DNA of 50,356 bases from a virus (lineage: Duplodnaviria > Caudoviricetes). The stretch lies in the IMG/VR virus record IMGVR_UViG_3300032280_000468, positions 1 through 50,356 of that record; one strand, given 5' to 3'. The notes under the pieces were generated by a model that ran no database searches, was not told the origin of the DNA, and saw only the letters and a list, made by a program, of their open reading frames with translations. The position numbers and the translations under genes are program-made. Positions 29,705-38,375 of the stretch are shown here, piece by piece (the first letter of the stretch is position 1; the number at the start of each line of letters is the position of its first letter).

Positions 29705-29708
29705 GACA

Positions 29709-30122
29709 GTGAAACACGTTGTAAACTTCGAGGAATATGATCCGGCTGACGAGTATAAATTAGATTCTCGTAGATCAATTAACTTGGATAGAATAAGAAA
29801 ATCCAGAGAATATAAAAGAATCATAGACCTAGGATTCGAAGAGGAAACATCTCATCAGCAGGAACTAAATAACACTATGAAGTTTATTAGAACCGAGAAC
29901 AAGCAGAAAGAGAAAGGACACGACGATGTTTTTTATACAATACACCCGACCGGAACAGTTAGAAGATATAACCCTATAAGATCTAAAGAAACACCGGAGG
30001 GAAGTGGAAACGATATCAAGAAATTCGTCGATCCATTTAAAAGCATAGCAGATTACAAAAAAGGTTTGAACTATCTCTGGCAGTATCTTAAGAGAAAAGA
30101 GGATAGGGGAGATTATAGATAA
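29709..30122 (+). CDS. Hypothetical protein with capsid-targeting-like N-terminus
   Basis: GTG start, MKHVVNFEEY; GATATATA 4 nt upstream. Confidence 0.55.
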   Translation: MKHVVNFEEYDPADEYKLDSRRSINLDRIRKSREYKRIIDLGFEEETSHQQELNNTMKFIRTENKQKEKGHDDVFYTIHPTGTVRRYNPIRSKETPEGSGNDIKKFVDPFKSIADYKKGLNYLWQYLKRKEDRGDYR

Positions 30123-30127
30123 TAGAT

Positions 30128-30358
30128 ATGTGTGATTGCGGAGGATATAGCGTTACTGCACCATTAAATTCTGGAAGAGGAAAGAAAGAGGCTAGCCAGA
30201 TAGACAATAAGTGGATCTTAGATAGTCTAAATAGAAAACTTTTAGTTCAAGGTCCTATCTACGATATATACAATGATATTATAGGTTATATAACAAAAAA
30301 TGAGGAAGGTAACATAGTTAGGATCTTCTCCCATAATATCAAACAAATATTAGACTAA
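30128..30358 (+). CDS. Hypothetical protein
   Basis: 76 aa ORF with tight operon spacing. Confidence 0.5.
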   Translation: MCDCGGYSVTAPLNSGRGKKEASQIDNKWILDSLNRKLLVQGPIYDIYNDIIGYITKNEEGNIVRIFSHNIKQILD

Positions 30359-30362
30359 ATTT

Positions 30363-30839
30363 ATGTTTTATCCAACAGGAGATACCACGAAAGGAAGATG
30401 CTTGGTTTGCATGGAAGATGAGAAACCAGAAATTTCAGAAGCACTAAATGAATGCAATGAGTCTTGCGTGACCGAGTGCATGGGAAAATGGTTAGATGAG
30501 AAAAACTACTGTGTTGAAAAATGGCAGCTTAAGGAATACCTAAAAGAAATGGGATGCAACGAGGAGAAGATCATGGAAGATATGGGCGCTGCTCCAGCTC
30601 CTACCGCTGCATCTGCTCCAGCTCCAGGTCTTGCAACTTTAGGCAATGTCCCAGGAATGGGTAACCCGACACCTCCTTCTAATGACGGAACCAATGCTGG
30701 TTTTTATGATTCAAGCAAAACAGGAAGTGGCGATAAATTTACCACTCTAACTGCAGGAACAGCAGCTGCACTTAAGAAAGGTAAAAAAGGTAAAAATCTT
30801 ATTTCTTATATGGATTTTATAAAAAATAGAAAAAAGTAA
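30363..30839 (+). CDS. Hypothetical protein, probable prohead core/internal protein
   Basis: Many hydrophobic-x-E sites (LNE, VTE, LDE, LKE, IME), A/P/G linker, C-terminal NLISYMDFI. Confidence 0.55.
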   Translation: MFYPTGDTTKGRCLVCMEDEKPEISEALNECNESCVTECMGKWLDEKNYCVEKWQLKEYLKEMGCNEEKIMEDMGAAPAPTAASAPAPGLATLGNVPGMGNPTPPSNDGTNAGFYDSSKTGSGDKFTTLTAGTAAALKKGKKGKNLISYMDFIKNRKK

Positions 30840-30883
30840 ATCCGGGTGTCATTTTGACGATCCAATTTATAAAAAATACGGGG

Positions 30884-30910
30884 AAAGAAGACATTTAGTC
30901 TTCTTTTTTT
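30884..30910 (+). terminator. Rho-independent terminator
   Basis: AAAGAAGAC-ATTTA-GTCTTCTTT followed by a T-run. Confidence 0.7.
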
Positions 30911-30959
30911 GTGTGGAACTGTTTTTGTACTAAGATGAATAAAAAAATAAAAAAAAATC

Positions 30960-31340
30960 ATGAGCACAAAAGAATTTAGAAGCATGTTCCCAACAATTTT
31001 ATCATCTACATTAAACGATTCCATTTTAGATAGCATCGTATCCCTAAAATCAGGAATATCTAAGAACTCATACAAAACAGACGTAATAGACGGAAACCTT
31101 AAAATAGAATTTCCTCTACCGGGTTTATCCAAGGAAGACATCTCGGTATCTTTTGAAAACGATAAGCTTATTCTTGAGATCAAGAGATCTGGAAATTGGT
31201 CACTGGAAGGTAAGAGCACATATTTGGTATCAGAATCGTTCGATCCTGAAGGAGCTTTAGCTGAAATGAAGAATGGTGTTCTGGAGGTAAGAATTCCAGA
31301 AAAAAGCAAGGTTGGATCAAAAAAAATATCAATCCTATAA
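30960..31340 (+). CDS. Small heat shock protein (Hsp20/alpha-crystallin)
   Basis: LPGLSKEDISVSFENDKLIL...AEMKNGVLEVRIP. Confidence 0.9.
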   Translation: MSTKEFRSMFPTILSSTLNDSILDSIVSLKSGISKNSYKTDVIDGNLKIEFPLPGLSKEDISVSFENDKLILEIKRSGNWSLEGKSTYLVSESFDPEGALAEMKNGVLEVRIPEKSKVGSKKISIL

Positions 31341-31387
31341 TTTATCTAAATCTGGAATTTTTTAATTTTTAATGATATGATTAAATT

Positions 31388-32119
31388 ATGAAGGATTTCT
31401 ATTTTCAAATAAAGGGTAAAAGCGGAAGTGTTGATAAGGATTACGTAGCTTTTTACGGTAGACCACAGAATTGGACATTCCCGCCTATTTACAGTGGGAT
31501 GGTGAGTGCAGAAGATAAGAATTCGGCAAAATCCATTATAGATGAGATGTATGGTAAAAAATTCCCACTGAGGGTTCTTTCTAAAGATCTTGAATCTAAC
31601 GAGTTTCTACTTTCCGTAGAGGAGATAAAGGAAGGAAGCCATAGATATAAGCTTTTTGAAAAAAGAGATTGTGTTTACTGCGGGGATTCTTTTTATGTTA
31701 TAGACAAATACAATGACGAGAATCAATTCTACAAAGGATGGGATTATTGCACCGACAAATGCAAGGACTCCCACGTGGATGAGAGAAGAATGGAATGGTC
31801 GGATAAGAATAATCTTGATGGTATTCATTCCCCCGTTGTTTATAAGATAACAAACAAAATAACTGGGAAATGCTACATAGGGAAAACCACACAGGCTTTT
31901 ACGCTTAGATGGTACCAACACTTCTTTAATAATAAGGGCAATAAATTCCACTCCGAAATTTCCAACAGCAAACTAACCGATTGGATCTTTGAGGTTCAGG
32001 AGATTATAGATTTAGAGGAAAATATCTCAAGAAAGGAGAAGGAATCGTTTATATTTGAAAGAGAAAGATATTGGATAAATCACTTTAATTCTATAGAGGA
32101 TGGATATAATTCAATCTAG
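31388..32119 (+). CDS. GIY-YIG endonuclease (C-terminal domain) with an N-terminal unknown domain and zinc finger
   Basis: VVYKITNKITGKCYIGKT...RW..H...ERERYWI....S...GYN; CVYCG...YCTDKC upstream. Confidence 0.8.
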   Translation: MKDFYFQIKGKSGSVDKDYVAFYGRPQNWTFPPIYSGMVSAEDKNSAKSIIDEMYGKKFPLRVLSKDLESNEFLLSVEEIKEGSHRYKLFEKRDCVYCGDSFYVIDKYNDENQFYKGWDYCTDKCKDSHVDERRMEWSDKNNLDGIHSPVVYKITNKITGKCYIGKTTQAFTLRWYQHFFNNKGNKFHSEISNSKLTDWIFEVQEIIDLEENISRKEKESFIFERERYWINHFNSIEDGYNSI

Positions 32120-32501
32120 AGAGATTCTTATACAAGAGGATTATGTTAACAATCCTTGGAAAATGATGGTCTGTTGTATATTACTAAACCAAACAAACAA
32201 TAAGCAGGTTAGACCGATTTTAAGCTCCGTATTTGAACTTATTCCTGATCCCATATCTGCATCTGGTGTGGACGCCAAAGTCTTAGCAGAGATCATAAAA
32301 ACAACCGGATTCCAGAACGTTAAAGCAGCAAGGATAAAGTCTCTTAGTCAGAAGTGGGCATACGGATTTTCTGATGTGACTGAACTCCCCGGGATAGGTA
32401 GATACGGCAAGGATTCTTGGGAAATATTTATAAATGGGAGGAGAGACATTTCTCCTACCGATAAGAAGCTTATAAAATATCTTGAGGATATTACTTCTTA
32501 G
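32100..32501 (+). CDS. MBD4-like HhH DNA glycosylase
   Basis: LIQE...NPWKMMVCCILLNQT...ELPGIGRYGKDSWEIF...PTDKKLIKY parallels the MBD4 glycosylase domain (PWKLLIATIFLNRT...LHGIGKYGNDSYRIF...DHKL), with the catalytic Asp retained. Confidence 0.85.
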   Translation: MDIIQSREILIQEDYVNNPWKMMVCCILLNQTNNKQVRPILSSVFELIPDPISASGVDAKVLAEIIKTTGFQNVKAARIKSLSQKWAYGFSDVTELPGIGRYGKDSWEIFINGRRDISPTDKKLIKYLEDITS

Positions 32502-32793
32502 GATTTGCCTTTTCTCTAAAAGATCCTTTGATGTAATCGGTTACTTCCGACCCGGTTCTTTTCTTTTCGCTTAGAAACTTATTAAAGGCTTCAGATTTGC
32601 CTTCCTTATCCAGGAACATGTGCACCTCTGCTGCTTCGTACATTGCATCAATAACTTCAGGCATCTGAGGATTTGCTGGAGTGTAGTTTCTCGAATTTAC
32701 CTTTACTTCACTGGCTTGCCCTGGAACATCAACACTTCCTGGTGAATCTATCCACTCAAATATGAAATGTCCGAAATTTTTTAAATTTTTCAT
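32491..32793 (-). CDS. Hypothetical protein with capsid-targeting-like N-terminus
   Basis: Fills the intergenic gap; starts MKNLKNFGHFIFE; GAATATATAC motif just upstream on the minus strand. Confidence 0.65.
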   Translation of the reverse strand: MKNLKNFGHFIFEWIDSPGSVDVPGQASEVKVNSRNYTPANPQMPEVIDAMYEAAEVHMFLDKEGKSEAFNKFLSEKKRTGSEVTDYIKGSFREKANPKK

Positions 32794-32800
32794 CTAATAG

Positions 32801-32808
32801 TATATATT
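32801..32808 (-). promoter_or_regulatory. AATATATA variant of the putative late promoter
   Basis: Correct orientation, 7 nt upstream of the minus-strand gene starting at 32793. Confidence 0.45.
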
Positions 32809-32863
32809 CCCCCGGAACATAAGAAAGTTAGTTGGATAGAACAAATAGAAAAAATCTCATTTA

Positions 32864-34270
32864 ATGATTATAGACATAGAAAATAAGGGGAGTTATCTGA
32901 AGGTATCTCATTTCAGCGAGGAGGGTGAATTAGCTTTCTTGGAGGTTCCGATTAAGGAGGAGGATAGGTTTGTTTGGGAGAAGTGTGGTCCAAATGATCC
33001 CAAAAGGGACAAAGAGTGGACTAATTGGTTGGGAGAGCCTGTCAAGAAGCTCAAGACTGAGAGATACGATAAGTACAGAATGGCCCAAATACTTATCGAT
33101 TCACCTGAAGAATTAACCAAACCACTATGGGAATACCAAACTCCACGTAAATACTTCGTCGATATTGAGGTTGAGATAACGGAAGACATGGCGGCTGCTC
33201 TTGACACAGAAAACGCCAGAAATAGAATTCTATCTATCGGGATTGCTACGGACAAGAACAAGATAATTATTCTGGGTCTGGATCCACTAACACCTGAACA
33301 ACAAGCCAGCATCTATAAAAAGATAAATTCATATTTCGAAAGAACTGGAGATGAATGGTCATTCAAATACAAGCAGTTTCCTTCAGAATATGACATGCTT
33401 TATACATTCTTCAGAGAACTTGGCCCTCGTATGCCTGTAATTACAGGTTGGAACTGGATGGGATATGACTGGCCTTATTTGCTAAATAGAGCTAAGCGAA
33501 TAGGTGTTGATCCCAAAATGATTTCTCCAGGTAACTACCTAATGGGAAAGGCACAACTACCTATGCACTTACTTATGGTCGATTACCTCGAGATCTATAA
33601 AAAATGGGACAGAGTTATTAAGATCAAGGAAAGCAATAGATTGGATTATGTTGCTGATAAGGCTGTTGGATTCAAAAAGATAGAATACAACGGAACACTT
33701 AGAGACCTATACCAATCCAATTTCGAAGACTTCATTTTCTATAACGCGGTTGACTGCGCTCTGGTACACTACATAGACACCAAGCTTAAAACCATGCAAA
33801 CGTTTTTCAAGATTGCTATGATCGCTGGTGTTGAAATAAACAGATCACTTTCTCCCGTATGGTCTACAGAAATTATGATGCTCAGAAAATTTCTAGAAAG
33901 AAAACAAGTTTTTACTGAAGAAAGGAAAGAAGAGGTCCACGTTAAATTTGCTGGAGGTTACGTAAAGGATCCAACCAAAGGATTACATGAATGGATAGCT
34001 TGCTATGACTTTGCCTCTCTATACCCAAACACCATGGTACAGTGGGGAATATCCCCGGAGGTTTATAAAGGAAAAAATCCATCCAATCCAAAAGAAACAT
34101 GGTCTAAAACAGCATCAGGAGCATATTTTGGAGGTGAAGATGAGAGTCCTATATTAAGAACGATCATTAAGGATCTCTATTCTAGAAGGAGAAAAACAAA
34201 GGATCGAATGCTAGAGCTTCAGATCGAAATTGACAAGCTAGAAAAGTTATTAGAAAAAGAAAAAAATTAA
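32864..34270 (+). CDS. gp43: Family B DNA polymerase, N-terminal subunit only (3'-5' exonuclease + motif A; gp43A-like)
   Basis: ExoI FVDIEVE, ExoII TGWN..GYDWPYL, ExoIII YNAVD, FAGGYV, motif A YDFASLYPN; ends in the fingers helix and lacks motif B (KxxxNSxYG) and motif C (YxDTDS). Confidence 0.88.
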   Translation: MIIDIENKGSYLKVSHFSEEGELAFLEVPIKEEDRFVWEKCGPNDPKRDKEWTNWLGEPVKKLKTERYDKYRMAQILIDSPEELTKPLWEYQTPRKYFVDIEVEITEDMAAALDTENARNRILSIGIATDKNKIIILGLDPLTPEQQASIYKKINSYFERTGDEWSFKYKQFPSEYDMLYTFFRELGPRMPVITGWNWMGYDWPYLLNRAKRIGVDPKMISPGNYLMGKAQLPMHLLMVDYLEIYKKWDRVIKIKESNRLDYVADKAVGFKKIEYNGTLRDLYQSNFEDFIFYNAVDCALVHYIDTKLKTMQTFFKIAMIAGVEINRSLSPVWSTEIMMLRKFLERKQVFTEERKEEVHVKFAGGYVKDPTKGLHEWIACYDFASLYPNTMVQWGISPEVYKGKNPSNPKETWSKTASGAYFGGEDESPILRTIIKDLYSRRRKTKDRMLELQIEIDKLEKLLEKEKN

Positions 34271-34275
34271 CGTCC

Positions 34276-34302
34276 AAAGGCCTCCGATCTCAAGGGTCTT
34301 TT
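34276..34302 (+). terminator. Possible terminator after the polymerase fragment
   Basis: AAAGGCC...GGTCTTT imperfect stem with a short T-run. Confidence 0.4.
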
Positions 34303-34310
34303 GATATATA
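34303..34310 (+). promoter_or_regulatory. GATATATA putative promoter
   Basis: Intergenic copy upstream of the dUTPase-nrdB-nrdA-adk block. Confidence 0.45.
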
Positions 34311-34362
34311 AAAAACCCGGTGGGATTTGGCCTAGACACAAACCTAGTCAAAAATCACAATT

Positions 34363-34842
34363 ATGGCAAATACAGACAACCAATGCAAAGATCTTCTCGT
34401 TGAGAATGACTACGTAATGTCCACACACCACCTGGAGAAATTGATGACCCTTCAGAAAAACACCCAAGAGGGGGTTTATGGTTACAAGTTTGATAACCTT
34501 ACCCTCGGTGAAATTAAGGACTTCTGGCTTTGGAACACCAGAGCTATCGAAGACGAAATATCGGAGGCATACGATGCCTTAGGTGGAGTATCTAATAATG
34601 GGGAGACATCCATAGGCAATGCAGTATGGAAACCATGGAAGAGTAACCATAAGAAAGCTTATGAAATGAAAATATCTGATCTATCTGAGGAGGACGTAAA
34701 GGAATTAAAGATGGAGTTAGTAGATATTCAACATTTCATATTCAATATGATGGTTTCCGTTGGCATGACCGCTGAGGAGCTTTACAATTATTATTTAAGC
34801 AAGAACAAGGAGAACATCCGAAGACAAGAAAACAATTATTAA
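34363..34842 (+). CDS. Dimeric all-alpha dUTPase/dCTPase (MazG-like, T4 gp56-like)
   Basis: EDEISEA, WKPWK, ELVDIQHF, KNKENIRRQ. Confidence 0.85.
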   Translation: MANTDNQCKDLLVENDYVMSTHHLEKLMTLQKNTQEGVYGYKFDNLTLGEIKDFWLWNTRAIEDEISEAYDALGGVSNNGETSIGNAVWKPWKSNHKKAYEMKISDLSEEDVKELKMELVDIQHFIFNMMVSVGMTAEELYNYYLSKNKENIRRQENNY

Positions 34843-34866
34843 TCAAAAAAAAACAAAAAGTTAACT

Positions 34867-35850
34867 ATGGAGGAATTATATTCTTTACCTGAGCCTATTT
34901 TACAGGAAAATAAAAATCGTTTCGTTTTATTCCCAATCGAGCATCATGATATTTGGGAAATGTATAAGAAACAACAGGCTTGCATCTGGACTGCAGAAGA
35001 GATAGATTTAGCTCAGGATTTGAATGATTGGAGAAATAAGTTAACGGATGACGAGAGATACTTTGTCAAAAATGTTTTAGCTTTCTTTGCTGCTTCTGAC
35101 GGTATTGTAAATGAAAACCTAGCCGAGAATTTTGTTTCCGAGGTTCAGTATACAGAGGCTAAGTTTTTCTATGGATTCCAAATCATGATGGAAAATATTC
35201 ATTCGGAAACATATTCATTACTCATCGACACATACATCAACGACCCAGATGAGAAAAACAGGCTCTTCAACGCAATCGAAACTATTCCCGCGGTGAAGAA
35301 AAAAGCTGAATGGGCTCTTAGATGGGTAGATTCACCAAATTTCCAAGAAAGATTGGTAGCTTTTGCTGCAGTAGAAGGGATCTTTTTCAGCGGATCCTTC
35401 TGTTCTATTTTCTGGCTTAAAAAGAGAGGTCTTATGCCAGGTCTTTCATTCTCTAACGAGCTAATTTCTAGAGATGAGGGTATGCACTGTGACTTTGCCG
35501 TTATGCTTCATAACAACCACTTGGTAAACAAAGTTAGTGAGGCTAGAATTAGAGAAATCATAATAAGTGCTCTTGAAATAGAGAAAGAGTTTATTACTGA
35601 ATCTTTGCCTGTTAGATTGATCGGAATGAATTCAGAATTAATGAAACAATATCTCGAGTTTGTTGCTGATAGACTTCTTGTTGATCTAGGATGCTCTAAA
35701 ATGTACAACTCAGAAAATCCATTTGACTTTATGATGAACATTTCTCTTCAGGGCAAAACAAACTTCTTCGAGAAAAGAGTTGGCGAATATCAAAAAGCTG
35801 GTGTAATGAACAAGGCAGAGGATGCTTTTGATTTCGATGCTGAATTTTAA
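34867..35850 (+). CDS. nrdB: Ribonucleotide reductase class Ia beta subunit
   Basis: [51 protein letters not shown]. Confidence 0.97.
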   Translation: MEELYSLPEPILQENKNRFVLFPIEHHDIWEMYKKQQACIWTAEEIDLAQDLNDWRNKLTDDERYFVKNVLAFFAASDGIVNENLAENFVSEVQYTEAKFFYGFQIMMENIHSETYSLLIDTYINDPDEKNRLFNAIETIPAVKKKAEWALRWVDSPNFQERLVAFAAVEGIFFSGSFCSIFWLKKRGLMPGLSFSNELISRDEGMHCDFAVMLHNNHLVNKVSEARIREIIISALEIEKEFITESLPVRLIGMNSELMKQYLEFVADRLLVDLGCSKMYNSENPFDFMMNISLQGKTNFFEKRVGEYQKAGVMNKAEDAFDFDAEF

Positions 35851-35869
35851 AAATAATAATCTAAATTAA

Positions 35870-38365
35870 ATGTTTGTAATAAAAAGAGATGGCTCTAAAG
35901 AGCCAGTTAGGTTCGAGAAAGTTTCCAATAGAATTAAAAAGATGACTTATGGTCTAAACCCAGATCATGTTGATTCTTTAGAGATTGCACAGAAGGTTAT
36001 TGCCGGAATTTACGATGGGATTTCTACACAGGAATTGGATAATCTTGCAGCAGAAACTGCGGCATCGCTTATTCCTAATCACCCTGATTATTCAATATTA
36101 GCTTCAAGGATAGCAGTTTCAAGACTGCATAAGACAACTAAGAAAAAGTTCTCAGAAACAATTGAGGATCTTTATAATTATATAGATCCAGAAACAAATA
36201 TGCCAGCGGGTCTTATTAACGAGCAGACTTACAATGTCGTTATGAAGAGCAAGCAAAAACTCGATGGTGCTATTATCCATGAGAGAGATTTCAATTTCGA
36301 ATATTTTGGATTTAAAACTTTAGAGAAGAGCTATCTTCTAAAGACCTATGGTGAAACAACGGAAACTCCGCAGCACATGTATATGAGAGTGGCAGTTGGG
36401 ATTTGGGGTGAGGATCTAAAGAATGTGATTAAAACATACGAGTTGCTTTCCAATCACCTTATGACCCATGCAACACCAACTCTATTTAATGCAGGAACCA
36501 AAAAACCACAATTATCATCTTGTTTTCTTTTAATGATGTCAGATGATTCTATTCCTGGTATCTATAAGACATTATCCGATGTTGCTGTCATTTCACAGAA
36601 CGCTGGAGGAATCGGACTTGCAATCCATAATGTTAGAAGCACAGGATCTTACATTAAAGGAACAAACGGAACTTCCAATGGAATTGTTCCTATGCTAAAA
36701 GTTTTCAACGAAACTGCAAGATATGTAGATCAAGGAGGAGGTAAAAGAAAAGGATCTTTTGCTATTTACGTAGAACCATGGCATGCTGACATCGAGTATT
36801 TCCTAGATCTTAGAAAGAATACAGGAAAAGAAGAACTTAGAGCAAGAGATTTATTTTTGGCTTTATGGACTCCTGACTTATTTATGAAGAGAGTTAAAGA
36901 GAGCGGAGAATGGTCACTATTCTCTCCTTCCGATGTTCCTGGACTTTGGGAATTGTACGGAGAGGATTTCGAGAAAGCTTATATTGAAGCTGAACTTGCA
37001 GGAAAGGCTAGAAAGACAATAAAAGCCAGAGATTTATGGACAAAAATCATCGATTCCCAAATCGAAACAGGAACTCCATACATGCTTTATAAGGATGCTG
37101 CTAATAAAAAATCAAATCAGCAAAATCTTGGTACAATAAAAAGTTCTAATCTTTGTACGGAGATATTAGAATATACTTCTAAGGACGAGCAAGCTGTTTG
37201 TAACCTTGCATCTATCCCGGTAAATAAATTCTTAAAATCTACAGATAACAGAACTTCCAAAATAGCTAGAGGAAAATGTGAGGTTGATCACAAAGCCCTA
37301 TATGATGTAGCTTACCAAACAGCTATCAATTTAAATAAGGTTATTGATGTTAATTATTATCCAACTCCGGAAACCAGGAATTCGAATATGAAACACCGTC
37401 CAATCGGTATCGGTATACAAGGTCTAGCGGATCTTTTTGCTATTATGGGCATTCCTTTTACTTGTTTAGAGGCTAAGAAGATAAACGAGGAAGTATTTGA
37501 GACAATCTACTACGCATCAATGACAGCGTCAAAAGATTTGGCGAAAGTAGATGGTCCATACGAATCATTCGAGGGATCTCCTCTTTCTAAAGGCCAATTC
37601 CAGTTTAACCTTTGGGGGTTTGAAGATTCTTCTCTATCGGGAAGATGGGACTGGGCAAAACTGAGAAAGGACGTAATGAAACACGGAGCAAGAAACTCTT
37701 TGCTTTTAGCTCCAATGCCAACAGCTTCCACTGCACAAATAATGGGTAACAATGAGGCATTTGAACCATTTACATCCAACATTTATACCAGAAGAACTCT
37801 AAGTGGAGAATTCGTTTTGGTAAACAAACATCTAGTTAGAGAGCTTATCTCATTGGGATTATGGAGCGATGATATGAAAAATCTGATTATCCTACATAAG
37901 GGATCAGTTCAGAACATACCACAAATTCCAGAAGCTGTTAGAGAAACATACAAAACTGTATGGGAGATAAAGCAGAAAGATTTAATTGATATGTCTGCAG
38001 GTAGAGGTAAGTTTATTTGTCAATCCCAATCTCTAAATCTTTTCATAGAGAATGTTAACGCAGCTAAGTTAACATCCGCACATTTCCATTCTTGGGAGCT
38101 AGGATTAAAAACTGGAATGTACTATCTAAGAACTAAATCCGCGGTTGACGCAATTGCTGGTTTGGGTATAGATATGGAAAAGGCAAAGAAATCTTTGAAA
38201 ACTACGGAGGAAAAAAATTCAGTTCAGGTAAAAGAAAATGTCGAAGAGAAGATAGATATGCTTGGCATGACAAGTGAAGAACTAAGTAAGACAGCAGAAA
38301 ACATGATGTCTGATATAGCTTGTAGTTTGGATAACCCAGACGATTGTCTTGCTTGCGGATCATAA
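35870..38365 (+). CDS. nrdA: Ribonucleotide reductase class Ia alpha subunit
   Basis: ATP-cone VIKRDG, ATPTLFNAG, SSCF, SNLCTEI, CNLAS, MPTAST, KTGMYYLR, C-terminal CLACGS. Confidence 0.97.
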   Translation: MFVIKRDGSKEPVRFEKVSNRIKKMTYGLNPDHVDSLEIAQKVIAGIYDGISTQELDNLAAETAASLIPNHPDYSILASRIAVSRLHKTTKKKFSETIEDLYNYIDPETNMPAGLINEQTYNVVMKSKQKLDGAIIHERDFNFEYFGFKTLEKSYLLKTYGETTETPQHMYMRVAVGIWGEDLKNVIKTYELLSNHLMTHATPTLFNAGTKKPQLSSCFLLMMSDDSIPGIYKTLSDVAVISQNAGGIGLAIHNVRSTGSYIKGTNGTSNGIVPMLKVFNETARYVDQGGGKRKGSFAIYVEPWHADIEYFLDLRKNTGKEELRARDLFLALWTPDLFMKRVKESGEWSLFSPSDVPGLWELYGEDFEKAYIEAELAGKARKTIKARDLWTKIIDSQIETGTPYMLYKDAANKKSNQQNLGTIKSSNLCTEILEYTSKDEQAVCNLASIPVNKFLKSTDNRTSKIARGKCEVDHKALYDVAYQTAINLNKVIDVNYYPTPETRNSNMKHRPIGIGIQGLADLFAIMGIPFTCLEAKKINEEVFETIYYASMTASKDLAKVDGPYESFEGSPLSKGQFQFNLWGFEDSSLSGRWDWAKLRKDVMKHGARNSLLLAPMPTASTAQIMGNNEAFEPFTSNIYTRRTLSGEFVLVNKHLVRELISLGLWSDDMKNLIILHKGSVQNIPQIPEAVRETYKTVWEIKQKDLIDMSAGRGKFICQSQSLNLFIENVNAAKLTSAHFHSWELGLKTGMYYLRTKSAVDAIAGLGIDMEKAKKSLKTTEEKNSVQVKENVEEKIDMLGMTSEELSKTAENMMSDIACSLDNPDDCLACGS

Positions 38366-38375
38366 AGATTTTTAA

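Noticed and set aside
32864-34270. Polymerase split by an intein, or a pseudogene
   Set aside because: There is no Cys/Ser-initiated Hint motif at the C-terminus, the N-terminal catalytic motifs are intact, and no downstream remnant is present.
34867-38365. Eukaryotic or giant-virus origin suggested by eukaryote-like NrdAB, MBD4 and a PCNA-like clamp
   Set aside because: gp32, gp61, UvsY/UvsW, tail-tube-like genes, operon-style overlaps and intrinsic terminators indicate a T4-like bacteriophage; this RNR subtype also occurs in Bacteroidota.
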